NCBI GenBank assembly: GCA_963695225.1
Contig: OY968762.1
Location: forward strand, 512,001-576,000
Reading direction: 5' to 3'
Length of the DNA stretch: 64,000 bases
Source of the DNA: Vulcanimicrobiota bacterium
GTDB lineage: Bacteria > Vulcanimicrobiota > Vulcanimicrobiia > Vulcanimicrobiales > Vulcanimicrobiaceae
The notes beneath the pieces are model-generated. The model was not told the DNA's origin. It saw only the letters and a program-made list of their open reading frames with translations, and did no database searches. Position 1 is the first letter of the stretch. Each line of letters starts with the position of its first letter. The position numbers and the translations under genes are program-made. This document shows positions 1 through 9,066 of the stretch, piece after piece.

Positions 1-7
1 GCCCGAC

Positions 8-2134
8 ATGGGGAACGCGGGCACGGAGGGCGGCGTGCCGCGCCGCGTGCGCGTCGGCATCGACGTCGGTGGGACGTTCACGGATCTCGTCGCGCTCGAC
101 GAAGGTTCGGGCGCTTTGCTGCGGACGAAGGTGCCCTCGACGCCCCGTGCGCCGGAGGTCGGCGTGCTCGCCGCTCTCTCGCAGCTGCTCGAAGGGGTCG
201 CACCCGCCGAGATCTCGCTGCTCTCCCATTCGAGCACGATCGCGACGAACGCGCTGCTCGGGCAGATGCATCTGGATCTCCCGCGCATCGCGCTCCTGAC
301 GACGGCGGGTTTCCGCGATGTCCTGGAGATCGGGCGCCAGAACCGCAGCGAGGTCTACAATTTGCTCGTGACGCGGCCGCGGCCGCTCGTCGAACGCCGG
401 CTCCGGCTCGGCGTACTGGAACGCACCGATCCGTTCGGGGCGGTCGTCGTCGCGCTCGAAGCGACGGAGCTCGCGCGGATCGTCGCCGAAGTCGAGCGCC
501 TCGGGGTCGAAGGCGTTGCGGTCGCCTATTTGCACGCCTACGCGAACCCGCTCCACGAGCGCGCCACGCGCACAGCGCTGCACGCGCGCATGCCCCATCT
601 CGACGTCACGCTTTCGAGCGATGTCGACCCGGAGTATCGCGAGTACGAGCGCACGAGCACGACGGTCGTCAACGCGCTCTTGCGCCCGCTGGTTCGCGGG
701 TATCTCGCACGTCTTTCGCTGGAGACGCGGTCGCGCGGAATCGAGGCGCCGATCTACGTGATGCAGTCGAGCGGCGGAATGGCCGCCCTCGATCTCGTCG
801 CGGAACGTCCGGCGACGATGCTCGAAAGCGGGCCCGCCTCCGGCGCCATCGCCGCGGCCTACGTCGGGCGCGCGCTCGGAATCGAGAACGTCCTCTCGTT
901 CGATATGGGCGGGACGACCGCGAAGGCCGGCACGATCGTCGGCGGCGAACCCGTCGTCGCTTACGAGTTCGAAGCCGCGGGGCGAACGCACTCGGGCCGC
1001 CCCGTCAAGGGATCCGGCTACCCGGTCCGCTTTCCGTTCGTCGACCTCGCCGAAGCGAGCGCCGGCGGCGGGACGATCGCGTTCGTCGACGAGGGCGGCG
1101 CGTTGCGCGTAGGCCCGCTCTCCGCCGGTGCGGATCCGGGGCCTGCCGCGTACGGCCGAGGGCGCGACGCGACCGTGACGGACGCAAACCTCGTGCTGGG
1201 CCGCCTCGGCTCGGGGGCGCTCCTCGGCGGCGCGATGCAACTCGACGTCGCGCGCGCGAAGAAGGCGCTCGGGCGCTTGCGGCGCCGCCTCCCCGGGCTC
1301 GATCTCGACCGCCTCGCCGCAGGAATCGTCCGCATCGTCGATAGCGAGATGGCGAAGATCTTGCGCATCGTGACGGTCGAGCGCGGACTCGATCCGCGCG
1401 ACTTCACGTTGATGGCGTTCGGCGGCTGCGGTCCGCTGCATGCGTGTTCGCTCGCCGTCGAATTGAGCGTTCCTCGGATCGTGATCCCGCTCGATCCGGG
1501 CCTGTTTTCGGCGTTCGGTTTGCTCGCCGCGGACCTGCGCTCCAGTTCCGTCCGCACGTTCGTCGCGAGCGCGGAACTCGTCGATCCCGCCGAAATCGAA
1601 GCCGCGTTCCGGGTCATGGAGGTCGACGGGCGGCAGGATCTCACGCAGCAAGGCGTCGCGCGCGGTTCGATCGCGTTCGAGCGGACCCTCGACATGCGCT
1701 ATCTCGGGCAAAGCTTCGAGCTCTCGATACCCACGCCGAAACGCTTCGATCTCGGTGCTCGTTCGGAAGCGCTCGCGCGGTTCCACGAGAAGCACGCTCT
1801 CGCGTACGGTTATTCCTCGCCGGAAGCCCCCGTCGAGATCGTCGCGGCGCGCTCGACGGCGACCGGCAAGCTGCCCAAGCCCGAACTCGGGCGGCTGAAG
1901 GCGCGCGGCGGGGCGCCCCCCCCCGAGCGCGCCCTCGTCGAACGGCGCAGCGTCTACGCGAGCGAGGCGGGGCGCGTCATCGTCCCCGTCTACGCGCGCG
2001 CGGAACTCGAGGCGGGGAACCGCCTAGCGGGCCCCGCGCTCGTCGAGCAATACGATACGTGCACGTTCGTTGCGCCGGGCTGGACGGGGAGCGTCGACGA
2101 CTTCGGCAACCTGCGGCTGGAGCGCTGCCGGTGA
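8..2134 (+). CDS. Hydantoinase A / 5-oxoprolinase subunit A family
   Basis: GIDVGGTFTD, SGPASG, DMGGTT, AGGGTI, SAGADPGPA, TVTDAN and FGGCGPLHA motifs. Confidence 0.93.
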   Translation: MGNAGTEGGVPRRVRVGIDVGGTFTDLVALDEGSGALLRTKVPSTPRAPEVGVLAALSQLLEGVAPAEISLLSHSSTIATNALLGQMHLDLPRIALLTTAGFRDVLEIGRQNRSEVYNLLVTRPRPLVERRLRLGVLERTDPFGAVVVALEATELARIVAEVERLGVEGVAVAYLHAYANPLHERATRTALHARMPHLDVTLSSDVDPEYREYERTSTTVVNALLRPLVRGYLARLSLETRSRGIEAPIYVMQSSGGMAALDLVAERPATMLESGPASGAIAAAYVGRALGIENVLSFDMGGTTAKAGTIVGGEPVVAYEFEAAGRTHSGRPVKGSGYPVRFPFVDLAEASAGGGTIAFVDEGGALRVGPLSAGADPGPAAYGRGRDATVTDANLVLGRLGSGALLGGAMQLDVARAKKALGRLRRRLPGLDLDRLAAGIVRIVDSEMAKILRIVTVERGLDPRDFTLMAFGGCGPLHACSLAVELSVPRIVIPLDPGLFSAFGLLAADLRSSSVRTFVASAELVDPAEIEAAFRVMEVDGRQDLTQQGVARGSIAFERTLDMRYLGQSFELSIPTPKRFDLGARSEALARFHEKHALAYGYSSPEAPVEIVAARSTATGKLPKPELGRLKARGGAPPPERALVERRSVYASEAGRVIVPVYARAELEAGNRLAGPALVEQYDTCTFVAPGWTGSVDDFGNLRLERCR

Positions 2135-3822
2135 ACGTACCGAGCCCGGTTGCCTGCGGACCAGTCGATCCGATCACGAGCGAGGTGATCAAGACCGCGT
2201 TGATCTACGCGAGCGAAGAGATGGGGATCGCCGTGCGCAACGCGGCGCACTCGCCGAACATCAGAGAGCGGCTCGATCATTCGTGCGCGCTGTTCGATCG
2301 AAGCGGGCGTTTGATCGCGCAGGCCGAGCACATTCCCGTCCATCTCGGCTCGTTGCCGTGGGGGCTCGCGCAAACGCTCACGGTCCTCGCGGAGCGCGGA
2401 ACGGCCCCGGAGCCGGGGGAGATGTGGGTCGTCAACGATCCGTACGTCGCCGGGACGCACCTCAACGACATCACGGTGATCCGCCCGGTCTTCGCCGAGG
2501 AGGGCGGCGTCTTGCGGCTCGCGGGTTATGCCGCGAACAAGGCGCATCACGCCGACGTGGGAGGCAGCGTGCCGGGGTCCATTTCGCCGGATGCGCGGGA
2601 GTTGTGCGTCGAGGGGCTCGTCATTCCCCCGGTGCGCTTGATGCGGCACGACGAGGTCTGCCGGGAAACCGTCGAGTTGATTCGCGCGAACTCGCGTACG
2701 CCGCAAGCGCGCAGCGGCGATCTGCTCGCGCAGATCGCGGGGAACGTGACGGGCGAACGCCGGCTGTTGGAGGCGATCGCGCGCTACGGCCTCGCGACGT
2801 TCGAAGCGGCGATCGAGCGCATCCTCGACGAGAGCGAGCGGCGCATGCGGGCCGCGTTACGCGCTTTCGGCGAGCGCGAGGTCGAGGCTCGCGACGTGCT
2901 CGAACCGCCCGGCGGCGGGCCGCTCTTGGAGATCGTCGCGCGCGTTCGCGCTTCCGACGGCACGCTTGACGTGGACTACGCCGGGACGAGCCCACAGGTC
3001 GAGTATCCGCTCAACGCGGTCTTCGGCGTCACGCTCTCGGCGGTTCACTACGCGATCCGCGCCGCGACCGACGCGACGATCCCGATGAACGACGGGTGTT
3101 TTCGCCCGGTGCGCGTGAGCGCGCCGCTCGGATCGATCCTCAATCCCCGGCGCCCTGCGCCGGTGGGCGGCGGGAACGTAGAGACCTCGGCGCGCAACTG
3201 CGACGTGATGCTGCGCGCGTTCGCGCTGCTCGCGCCGGGCCGCATCCCCGCGCTCTCGAGCGGAACGATGGCGAACGTGATGCTCGGCGGGACCGCGCTC
3301 GAGGGAATGCCGTGGGCGTTCTACGAGACGATCGGCGGGGGGATGGGTGCGCGGCCTTCCGCCGACGGGATCGACGGCATCCACACGCACATGACGAACA
3401 CGCTCAACACGCCGGTCGAAGCGCTGGAACGCTATTACCCGATCCGCATGACGCGGTACGAATTCGCGCCGTACACGGGCGGCGCCGGACGCTTCCGGGG
3501 CGGTTGCGGGCTCGTGCGCAGCTTCACGCTGCTGACGGGCCGCGCCACGATTTCGCTCCTCGCCGAGCGCGCGCGAATCGCGCCGAGCGGAGCGCAGGGC
3601 GGGGGCGACGGCGCGCCGGGCGAACACGCGTTGCGCCGGAACGGCAAACTGAAGAAGCTTCCCGCAAAGACGACGTTGCGCATCGAAGCCGGCGACGAAG
3701 TGATCGTGCAAACGCCGGGCGGGGGCGGATACGGGGACCCGCTCGAACGCAAGCGCAAAGCGAAGGGCGCGGATCGCGCGAGCGGGCTCGTGCGGCGGCG
3801 CCGCCCCAAGCGCGACGCGTAG
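2131..3822 (+). CDS. Hydantoinase B / 5-oxoprolinase subunit B family
   Basis: GTG overlaps the upstream stop (GTGA); SPNIRERLDHSCA, HIPVHLGS, NDPYVAGTHLND, HHADVGG, NTPVEALE and TPGGGGYG motifs. Confidence 0.93.
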   Translation: MNVPSPVACGPVDPITSEVIKTALIYASEEMGIAVRNAAHSPNIRERLDHSCALFDRSGRLIAQAEHIPVHLGSLPWGLAQTLTVLAERGTAPEPGEMWVVNDPYVAGTHLNDITVIRPVFAEEGGVLRLAGYAANKAHHADVGGSVPGSISPDARELCVEGLVIPPVRLMRHDEVCRETVELIRANSRTPQARSGDLLAQIAGNVTGERRLLEAIARYGLATFEAAIERILDESERRMRAALRAFGEREVEARDVLEPPGGGPLLEIVARVRASDGTLDVDYAGTSPQVEYPLNAVFGVTLSAVHYAIRAATDATIPMNDGCFRPVRVSAPLGSILNPRRPAPVGGGNVETSARNCDVMLRAFALLAPGRIPALSSGTMANVMLGGTALEGMPWAFYETIGGGMGARPSADGIDGIHTHMTNTLNTPVEALERYYPIRMTRYEFAPYTGGAGRFRGGCGLVRSFTLLTGRATISLLAERARIAPSGAQGGGDGAPGEHALRRNGKLKKLPAKTTLRIEAGDEVIVQTPGGGGYGDPLERKRKAKGADRASGLVRRRRPKRDA

Positions 3823-3830
3823 CGGCCGCG

Positions 3831-4460
3831 ATGCTCCTCACCGTCGTTCGGCACGGGCGGACCGCCTGGAACGATTCCGGCCGCTTCCAAGGGCACACCG
3901 ATATTCCGCTCGACGGCGAGGGGCGCGCACAGGCGCGGCGCCTCGGCAAACGGCTGGGAGAACGACGTTACGATGCGGCGTTTTCGAGCGACCTCGCTCG
4001 GGCGCGCGAGACGGCGGAGGCGATCTTGGGCGACCGCGCCGCATCGCTCGTCCTCGATCCGCGCTGGCGCGAGATGCGTTTCGGTGCGTGGGAGGGGCTG
4101 ACGTGGCAGCAGATCGAGACGCGCTTTCCCGAAGTGCGCGCCGAGCACGCGGTAAGGCCGCGTTTCTATTCGCCCCCCGGCGGGGAGACGTTCGACGAAC
4201 TCTGCTCGCGGGTCGCGAGCGCCGTGGAGGATCTCCGTCGCGCGGGCGCGGACGCGCCGCACGTCTTGGTGGTGACGCATGCGGGACCGCTGCACGCGCT
4301 GCTGCGCGTCGCCCTCGGCGACGAACGGAGCGATGCGCTCGGCGTGCGATTTTCGCCTGCAAGCGTCACGCGTTTGCGGTGGGTCGCCGCTCGCTGGGAA
4401 CTCGATGCGCTGAACGAGACGTGTGAAGCCGCGACGGAGTATCCGGATGAGCGAAAGTGA
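3831..4460 (+). CDS. Histidine phosphatase family (CobC/alpha-ribazole phosphatase-like)
   Basis: RHGRTAWN, SSDLARARETA, EMRFGAWEG and VVTHAG motifs; directly upstream of cobT. Confidence 0.85.
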   Translation: MLLTVVRHGRTAWNDSGRFQGHTDIPLDGEGRAQARRLGKRLGERRYDAAFSSDLARARETAEAILGDRAASLVLDPRWREMRFGAWEGLTWQQIETRFPEVRAEHAVRPRFYSPPGGETFDELCSRVASAVEDLRRAGADAPHVLVVTHAGPLHALLRVALGDERSDALGVRFSPASVTRLRWVAARWELDALNETCEAATEYPDERK

Positions 4461-5493
4461 ATTGATCAAACGCCTGCGCTCGGGCGTCCCCCCGCTGGAC
4501 GCGGACGCTGCGGCGCGGGCGCGCGAACGGATCGAGCGCTCGGCGCGGTCGCGCGGCGCCTTCGGCCGCATCGCCACGCTCGCCGAGCAGCTTTGCGCGA
4601 TCGCGGGGAAGTTGCCGGACGGGCCTTGCTCGACCAAGGCGATCGTGATCGGGGCGGGAGATCACGGCGTCGCGGAGGAGGGCGTCAGCGCGTACGGCGG
4701 CGCGGCGACCGCCGACATCGTGAGCGACGTGCTCGCCGGCCGCGCGGCGATCAACGCGTTCGCCCGGGCCTGCGGCGCGGATGTGTTCGTCGCGAATTTC
4801 GGCTTACGCAGCGCGTTTGCGCCGCACCCGCTGCTGATCGGGTCGGGCGCCGGCCGCGGGACCGCGAACCTCGCGCGCCGCGCCGCCATGCGGAACGTCG
4901 ACGTGGAAGGAGCCCTCGCGGCGGGGGCGCGCGCTCTGGACGACGTGCTCGCCCGCAACGAGTACGGCGTGATCGCGCTCGGCGAGATCGGCGTCGGGAA
5001 TACGACGAGCGCCGCCGCCGTCATCGCGGCATTCACCGGCGCGCCGCCGAACGCGACGGTAGGACGCGGCGCGGGCATCGACGACGTGACCCTCGCGCGA
5101 AAGCGCCGGATCGTCGCCGGAGCGGTCGGCGCGCTCGACGGCGCGAGTTGGAGCGAGATCGCGCGTGCCGTGGGAGGTTTCGAGATCGTCGGACTCGCCG
5201 GGATCATCTTCGCGGCGGCGCACAAGCGCATTCCCATCGTGCTCGACGGGCTTGCGACGGCCGCGGCGGCGTTGATCGCGCACGCGATCGAACCGCGCGT
5301 ATTGCACTACTGCATCGCCGGGCAACGCTCGCAGGAACCCGGCCATCGCATCGCACTCGAAGCGCTCGGCCTCGCGCCGCTCCTCGATCTCGACCTGCGC
5401 ATGGGCGAAGGGGGCGGTGCGGCGCTCGCGTTACCGATGGTCGAAGCCGCGAGCCGGCTTCTGCTCGAGGGCCGAACCTCCGGCGAGGCTTGA
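4447..5493 (+). CDS. cobT: Nicotinate-nucleotide--dimethylbenzimidazole phosphoribosyltransferase
   Basis: GDHGVAEEGVSAY, GEIGVGNTTSAAA, GRGAGID, GGFEI, EPGH and LRMGEGGGA motifs. Confidence 0.9.
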   Translation: MSESELIKRLRSGVPPLDADAAARARERIERSARSRGAFGRIATLAEQLCAIAGKLPDGPCSTKAIVIGAGDHGVAEEGVSAYGGAATADIVSDVLAGRAAINAFARACGADVFVANFGLRSAFAPHPLLIGSGAGRGTANLARRAAMRNVDVEGALAAGARALDDVLARNEYGVIALGEIGVGNTTSAAAVIAAFTGAPPNATVGRGAGIDDVTLARKRRIVAGAVGALDGASWSEIARAVGGFEIVGLAGIIFAAAHKRIPIVLDGLATAAAALIAHAIEPRVLHYCIAGQRSQEPGHRIALEALGLAPLLDLDLRMGEGGGAALALPMVEAASRLLLEGRTSGEA

Positions 5494-5531
5494 AGCAGGG
5501 AGGCCTGCCGCCCGCCGGAAAAGCGGCGGAA

Positions 5532-6098
5532 ATGGCCGATACCGCAAGAACGAATTATCTCTACCTTCCCAGCGGCGAGCGCGCGCCCGAAGAGATCAAC
5601 GTCGTCGTCGAGATTCCCGAAGGCTGCCGAAACAAGTACGAATACGACAAGACGCTTAACGTCTTCCGGCTCGATCGCGTCCTGCACTCGCCGATCTACT
5701 ATCCCGGTGATTACGGCTTCATGCCGCAGACGCTCGCCGAAGACGGCGATCCGCTCGACGTCTTGATCCTCGTCGTCCAGCCGACGTTCCCCGGCTGCGT
5801 CGTCGCCGCCCGGCCGATCGGCCTGCTCAGGATGGTCGACGACGGGAAGCCTGACGATAAGATCCTCGCGGTCCCCGTGGGCGAGCCCGAATACGCGGAT
5901 ATCTACTCCCACGCACAGATCTTCCCGCACAAGTTGCGCACGATCTCCCACTTCTTCGAGACGTACAAGATGCTCGAAGGGAAGCAGACGAGCACGCTGG
6001 GCTGGGCCGACGGCGCCGCGGCGCGACGTTCGATCACGGCGTCGATGGAGCGCTTCGTGGAGCACGGCGAGCCCGCTTTGGATGGGGCGAGCGGCTGA
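5532..6098 (+). CDS. ppa: Inorganic pyrophosphatase (family I)
   Basis: [39 protein letters not shown] and HFFETYK motifs. Confidence 0.95.
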   Translation: MADTARTNYLYLPSGERAPEEINVVVEIPEGCRNKYEYDKTLNVFRLDRVLHSPIYYPGDYGFMPQTLAEDGDPLDVLILVVQPTFPGCVVAARPIGLLRMVDDGKPDDKILAVPVGEPEYADIYSHAQIFPHKLRTISHFFETYKMLEGKQTSTLGWADGAAARRSITASMERFVEHGEPALDGASG

Positions 6099-6217
6099 TT
6101 GGAGGGCCGGTCCGAGGCTGGCTGAATGAGAACGCGCGGCGCCCTCCGTATGGAGAAGGACCCGTTCGGCGCCGTCGCGCCGTCGGGGTCGTCCGCATGA
6201 GAAGGGTCGGTCCGCTG

Positions 6218-7453
6218 GTGAGCAAGATCAAAGTCAAGAACCCGGTCGTCGAACTCGACGGCGATGAGATGACTCGGATCATCTGGCATATGATTCGCGA
6301 AAAACTCATTCTGCCGCACCTCGACATCGACTTGAGATATTACGATCTCGGGATCGGGCATCGCGACGAGACGGAGGATCGCGTCACGCTGGAAGCGGCG
6401 CGCGCGATCAAGCGGTACGGCGTCGGCGTGAAATGCGCGACGATCACGCCGGACGAAGCCCGCGTCAAAGAGTTCGGGCTGAAGAAGATGTGGAAATCGC
6501 CGAACGGCACGATCCGCAACGAATTGGACGGAACGGTCTTTCGCGAGCCGATCATCTGCGCGAACGTTCCGCGGCTCGTGCCGGGCTGGACGGAACCGAT
6601 CGTGATCGGTCGCCACGCCTACGGAGACCAATACCGTGCGACGGAATTCGCGATCCCGAGCGCCGGGAAGCTGACGCTCAAGTTCACCCCCGACGACGGG
6701 AGCAAGCAGCACGAGGAGCAGGTCTACGAGTTCCACGGGCCGGGCGTCGCGCTCTCGATGTACAATCTCGACGCGTCGATCAGGGGCTTCGCTCACGCCT
6801 GCTTCAACTACGGGTTGATGCGGCGCTGGCCCGTGTACCTCTCCACGAAGAACACGATCCTCAAAACGTACGACGGGCGCTTCAAAGACATCTTCGAGCA
6901 GGTGTACCAGGCCGAGTACCGGGCGCGTTTCGAGGCTGCGGGGATCGGTTACGAGCATCGCTTGATCGACGACATGGTCGCCTGCCTGATGAAGTGGCAC
7001 GGCAAGTACGTGTGGGCGTGCAAGAACTACGACGGCGACGTCGAGTCGGATATCGTCGCGCAGGGCTACGGATCGCTCGGGTTGATGACGTCGGTCCTGC
7101 TTTCGCCGGACGGGCAGACGATCGAAGCCGAGGCCGCGCACGGAACGGTGACGCGCCACTATCGCCTGCACCAGCAGGGCAAAGAGACGTCGACGAATCC
7201 GATCGCCTCGATCTTCGCGTGGACGCGCGGCCTCGAACACCGCGGGAAGCTCGACGACACGCCGGACGTCATCGCGTTCGCGCGCACGCTCGAGCGCGTC
7301 TGCGTCGAAACGGTCGAGAGCGGGAAGATGACCAAGGATCTCGCCGTCCTGATCGGGCCCGATCAGCCCTGGCTGAATACGGCGCAGTTCCTCGACGCGC
7401 TCGATTCCGAGTTGCGCCGCCGAATGGAGGGCCCCGTCCCCGCCGGCGCTTGA
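6218..7453 (+). CDS. icd: NADP-dependent isocitrate dehydrogenase
   Basis: [38 protein letters not shown] and [10 protein letters not shown] motifs; GTG start. Confidence 0.96.
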   Translation: MSKIKVKNPVVELDGDEMTRIIWHMIREKLILPHLDIDLRYYDLGIGHRDETEDRVTLEAARAIKRYGVGVKCATITPDEARVKEFGLKKMWKSPNGTIRNELDGTVFREPIICANVPRLVPGWTEPIVIGRHAYGDQYRATEFAIPSAGKLTLKFTPDDGSKQHEEQVYEFHGPGVALSMYNLDASIRGFAHACFNYGLMRRWPVYLSTKNTILKTYDGRFKDIFEQVYQAEYRARFEAAGIGYEHRLIDDMVACLMKWHGKYVWACKNYDGDVESDIVAQGYGSLGLMTSVLLSPDGQTIEAEAAHGTVTRHYRLHQQGKETSTNPIASIFAWTRGLEHRGKLDDTPDVIAFARTLERVCVETVESGKMTKDLAVLIGPDQPWLNTAQFLDALDSELRRRMEGPVPAGA

Positions 7454-7466
7454 GGCGGGGCTGCGC

Positions 7467-8747
7467 CTAGTCCCGCACGCAGCGGAACGTCGCGTACATG
7501 TACGGGTACTCGCGGCGATACCAATTCCGGAAGCTGCGCCGCAAGAGCGGCGTCGCGGTAACCGGCGAGGCGCCCTTGCAAACGTAATGCTCTCCGTCGA
7601 AGAAGTCGGCGGAATACTGCGGATACGACGCCATGGGCGCGAAACCGGCGAACGGCGCGAACGGCGTCGAGGTCCACTCCCAGCCGTTGCCGGCGAGATC
7701 CTGAACGCCCCAGGCGCTCGCCCCGCGCGGCCGGATACCGACCGATTCGGGGTCGAAGCGGTGGAAATCCACGTTCGCGTGCTCGGGGGTCGGCTCGTCG
7801 TCGCCCCAGGGGTAGCGCCGCTCGCTCGAGTCCGGCGTGCCGTACGCGGCGCGATCGTATTCCGCTTCCGTCGGCAAGCGCGCGCCCTTCGCACGGGCAT
7901 ATGCGGCCGCTTGCGCTTGCGTCACGTAGACGGGCCACGTCAAGGGCAGCGGCACGTCGTTCAGGAGCGTGCGCAAGCGCCAACCGCCGTCGCACCGGAT
8001 CCAGAACGGCGGCACCGGACCGCCCGCCTCGACGAAGGCGAGGTATTCGCCGTTCGTCACGTTGTTCACGTCGATTTCGAACGCTTCGACGGCCTCGAAA
8101 CGCTCCGGGAACTCGTTGTCCCAACCGAATTCTGCGCTCGCGCGATCCGCGCCGAGGCGGGCAACTCCCGCCGGGACGACGGCGCGGCCGCTCGCTTGCG
8201 GCGGACCCTCCAAGACCGCGGGGCCGCCGCTCGCGGTCTTCCGGTCGGCGGGGAGGCGGTGGATCAAGTAGAGCAGCGTCTCCTGGTGCATCTCCTCGTG
8301 CTCGAGGATCGTGAAGCACGCTTCGCCGCGCTCGAGCAGCGGCGAGCCGGTGCTATCGAGATCGGGGCGGGCGAGCGCGGCCAGCACCGCCTCGTCGCAG
8401 GCCGCCGCGAACGCCCGGACGCGTTCGCGTTCGGGCCAGGGATGGGCGCCCTTCGTGCGCGCTTCCGCCTCGTCGCCCGGGTCGATCCCGCGCTCGAAGA
8501 GCGTTTCGAATTCTCCGTGGATCGGCGCAACGCCGAGCGCCTTGCGCGGCAACGTGTTGAAGCTGAACGCGGGAATGTGCCCCTCGTAGAAGACGAGCGG
8601 AAGCCGCAGCGGGATCGGCCGGTCGTAATACGCCTGCGGCGCGATCAGCGCGAACAGCTCCCTCGTTCTGGCGCGGTTCGCGAGATAGCGGGCGCGCAAC
8701 GCGGCGCGGTCGAGCAGGGACGGATCGAGCGTCTGTCTATCGAGCAT
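7467..8747 (-). CDS. SUMF1/EgtB/OvoA family non-heme iron sulfoxide synthase-like enzyme (DinB + FGE-sulfatase domains)
   Basis: FYEGH and HEEMH iron ligands, FGWDNE, RLPTEAE, GNGWEWT, YSADFFD and RRSFRNW motifs; SD GAGGGG before the ATG at 8747. Confidence 0.85.
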   Translation of the reverse strand: MLDRQTLDPSLLDRAALRARYLANRARTRELFALIAPQAYYDRPIPLRLPLVFYEGHIPAFSFNTLPRKALGVAPIHGEFETLFERGIDPGDEAEARTKGAHPWPERERVRAFAAACDEAVLAALARPDLDSTGSPLLERGEACFTILEHEEMHQETLLYLIHRLPADRKTASGGPAVLEGPPQASGRAVVPAGVARLGADRASAEFGWDNEFPERFEAVEAFEIDVNNVTNGEYLAFVEAGGPVPPFWIRCDGGWRLRTLLNDVPLPLTWPVYVTQAQAAAYARAKGARLPTEAEYDRAAYGTPDSSERRYPWGDDEPTPEHANVDFHRFDPESVGIRPRGASAWGVQDLAGNGWEWTSTPFAPFAGFAPMASYPQYSADFFDGEHYVCKGASPVTATPLLRRSFRNWYRREYPYMYATFRCVRD

Positions 8748-8795
8748 AGCCCCTCTGTACCCGCGAAGCCCGCGGTTGATACATTCGCCGGCCCC

Positions 8796-9038
8796 GCGTC
8801 CGGGCCGGGGCGAGGTTCCTCCGCGGGGACGCCCGCCGTTTCGCATCCATGCGAAACGGCTACTCGTGCACGTGCGCCCACGCAGCTGCGCAGCGTGGGG
8901 ACCCACTGGGGTTGAACAGGTGCTCCGCCTGCGGCTCCGCACCCCCCACACGCAAAGCGCGTGGGGCCCCCCGCCGCCATCGTGGCTCCGCGGGCAAGCT
9001 GCACGCCCCGCGGAGAAACCTCGCCCCGGCCCGGACGC
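8796..9038. repeat. Palindromic element with 33-bp terminal inverted repeats and internal hairpins (MITE/REP-like or structured RNA)
   Basis: 8796-8828 is the reverse complement of 9006-9038 with 1 mismatch; internal stems at 8835-8860, 8877-8899 and 8944-8966. Confidence 0.8.
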
Positions 9039-9066
9039 TATCTGCATTCCAGGGACACCCTGGGGA

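Noticed and set aside
8796..9038. 6S RNA, RNase P, tmRNA or CRISPR as identity of the palindromic element
   Set aside because: No RNase P GAGGAAAGTCC, no tRNA-like ends, no repeat-spacer periodicity; 6S is not supported by eye but needs cmscan
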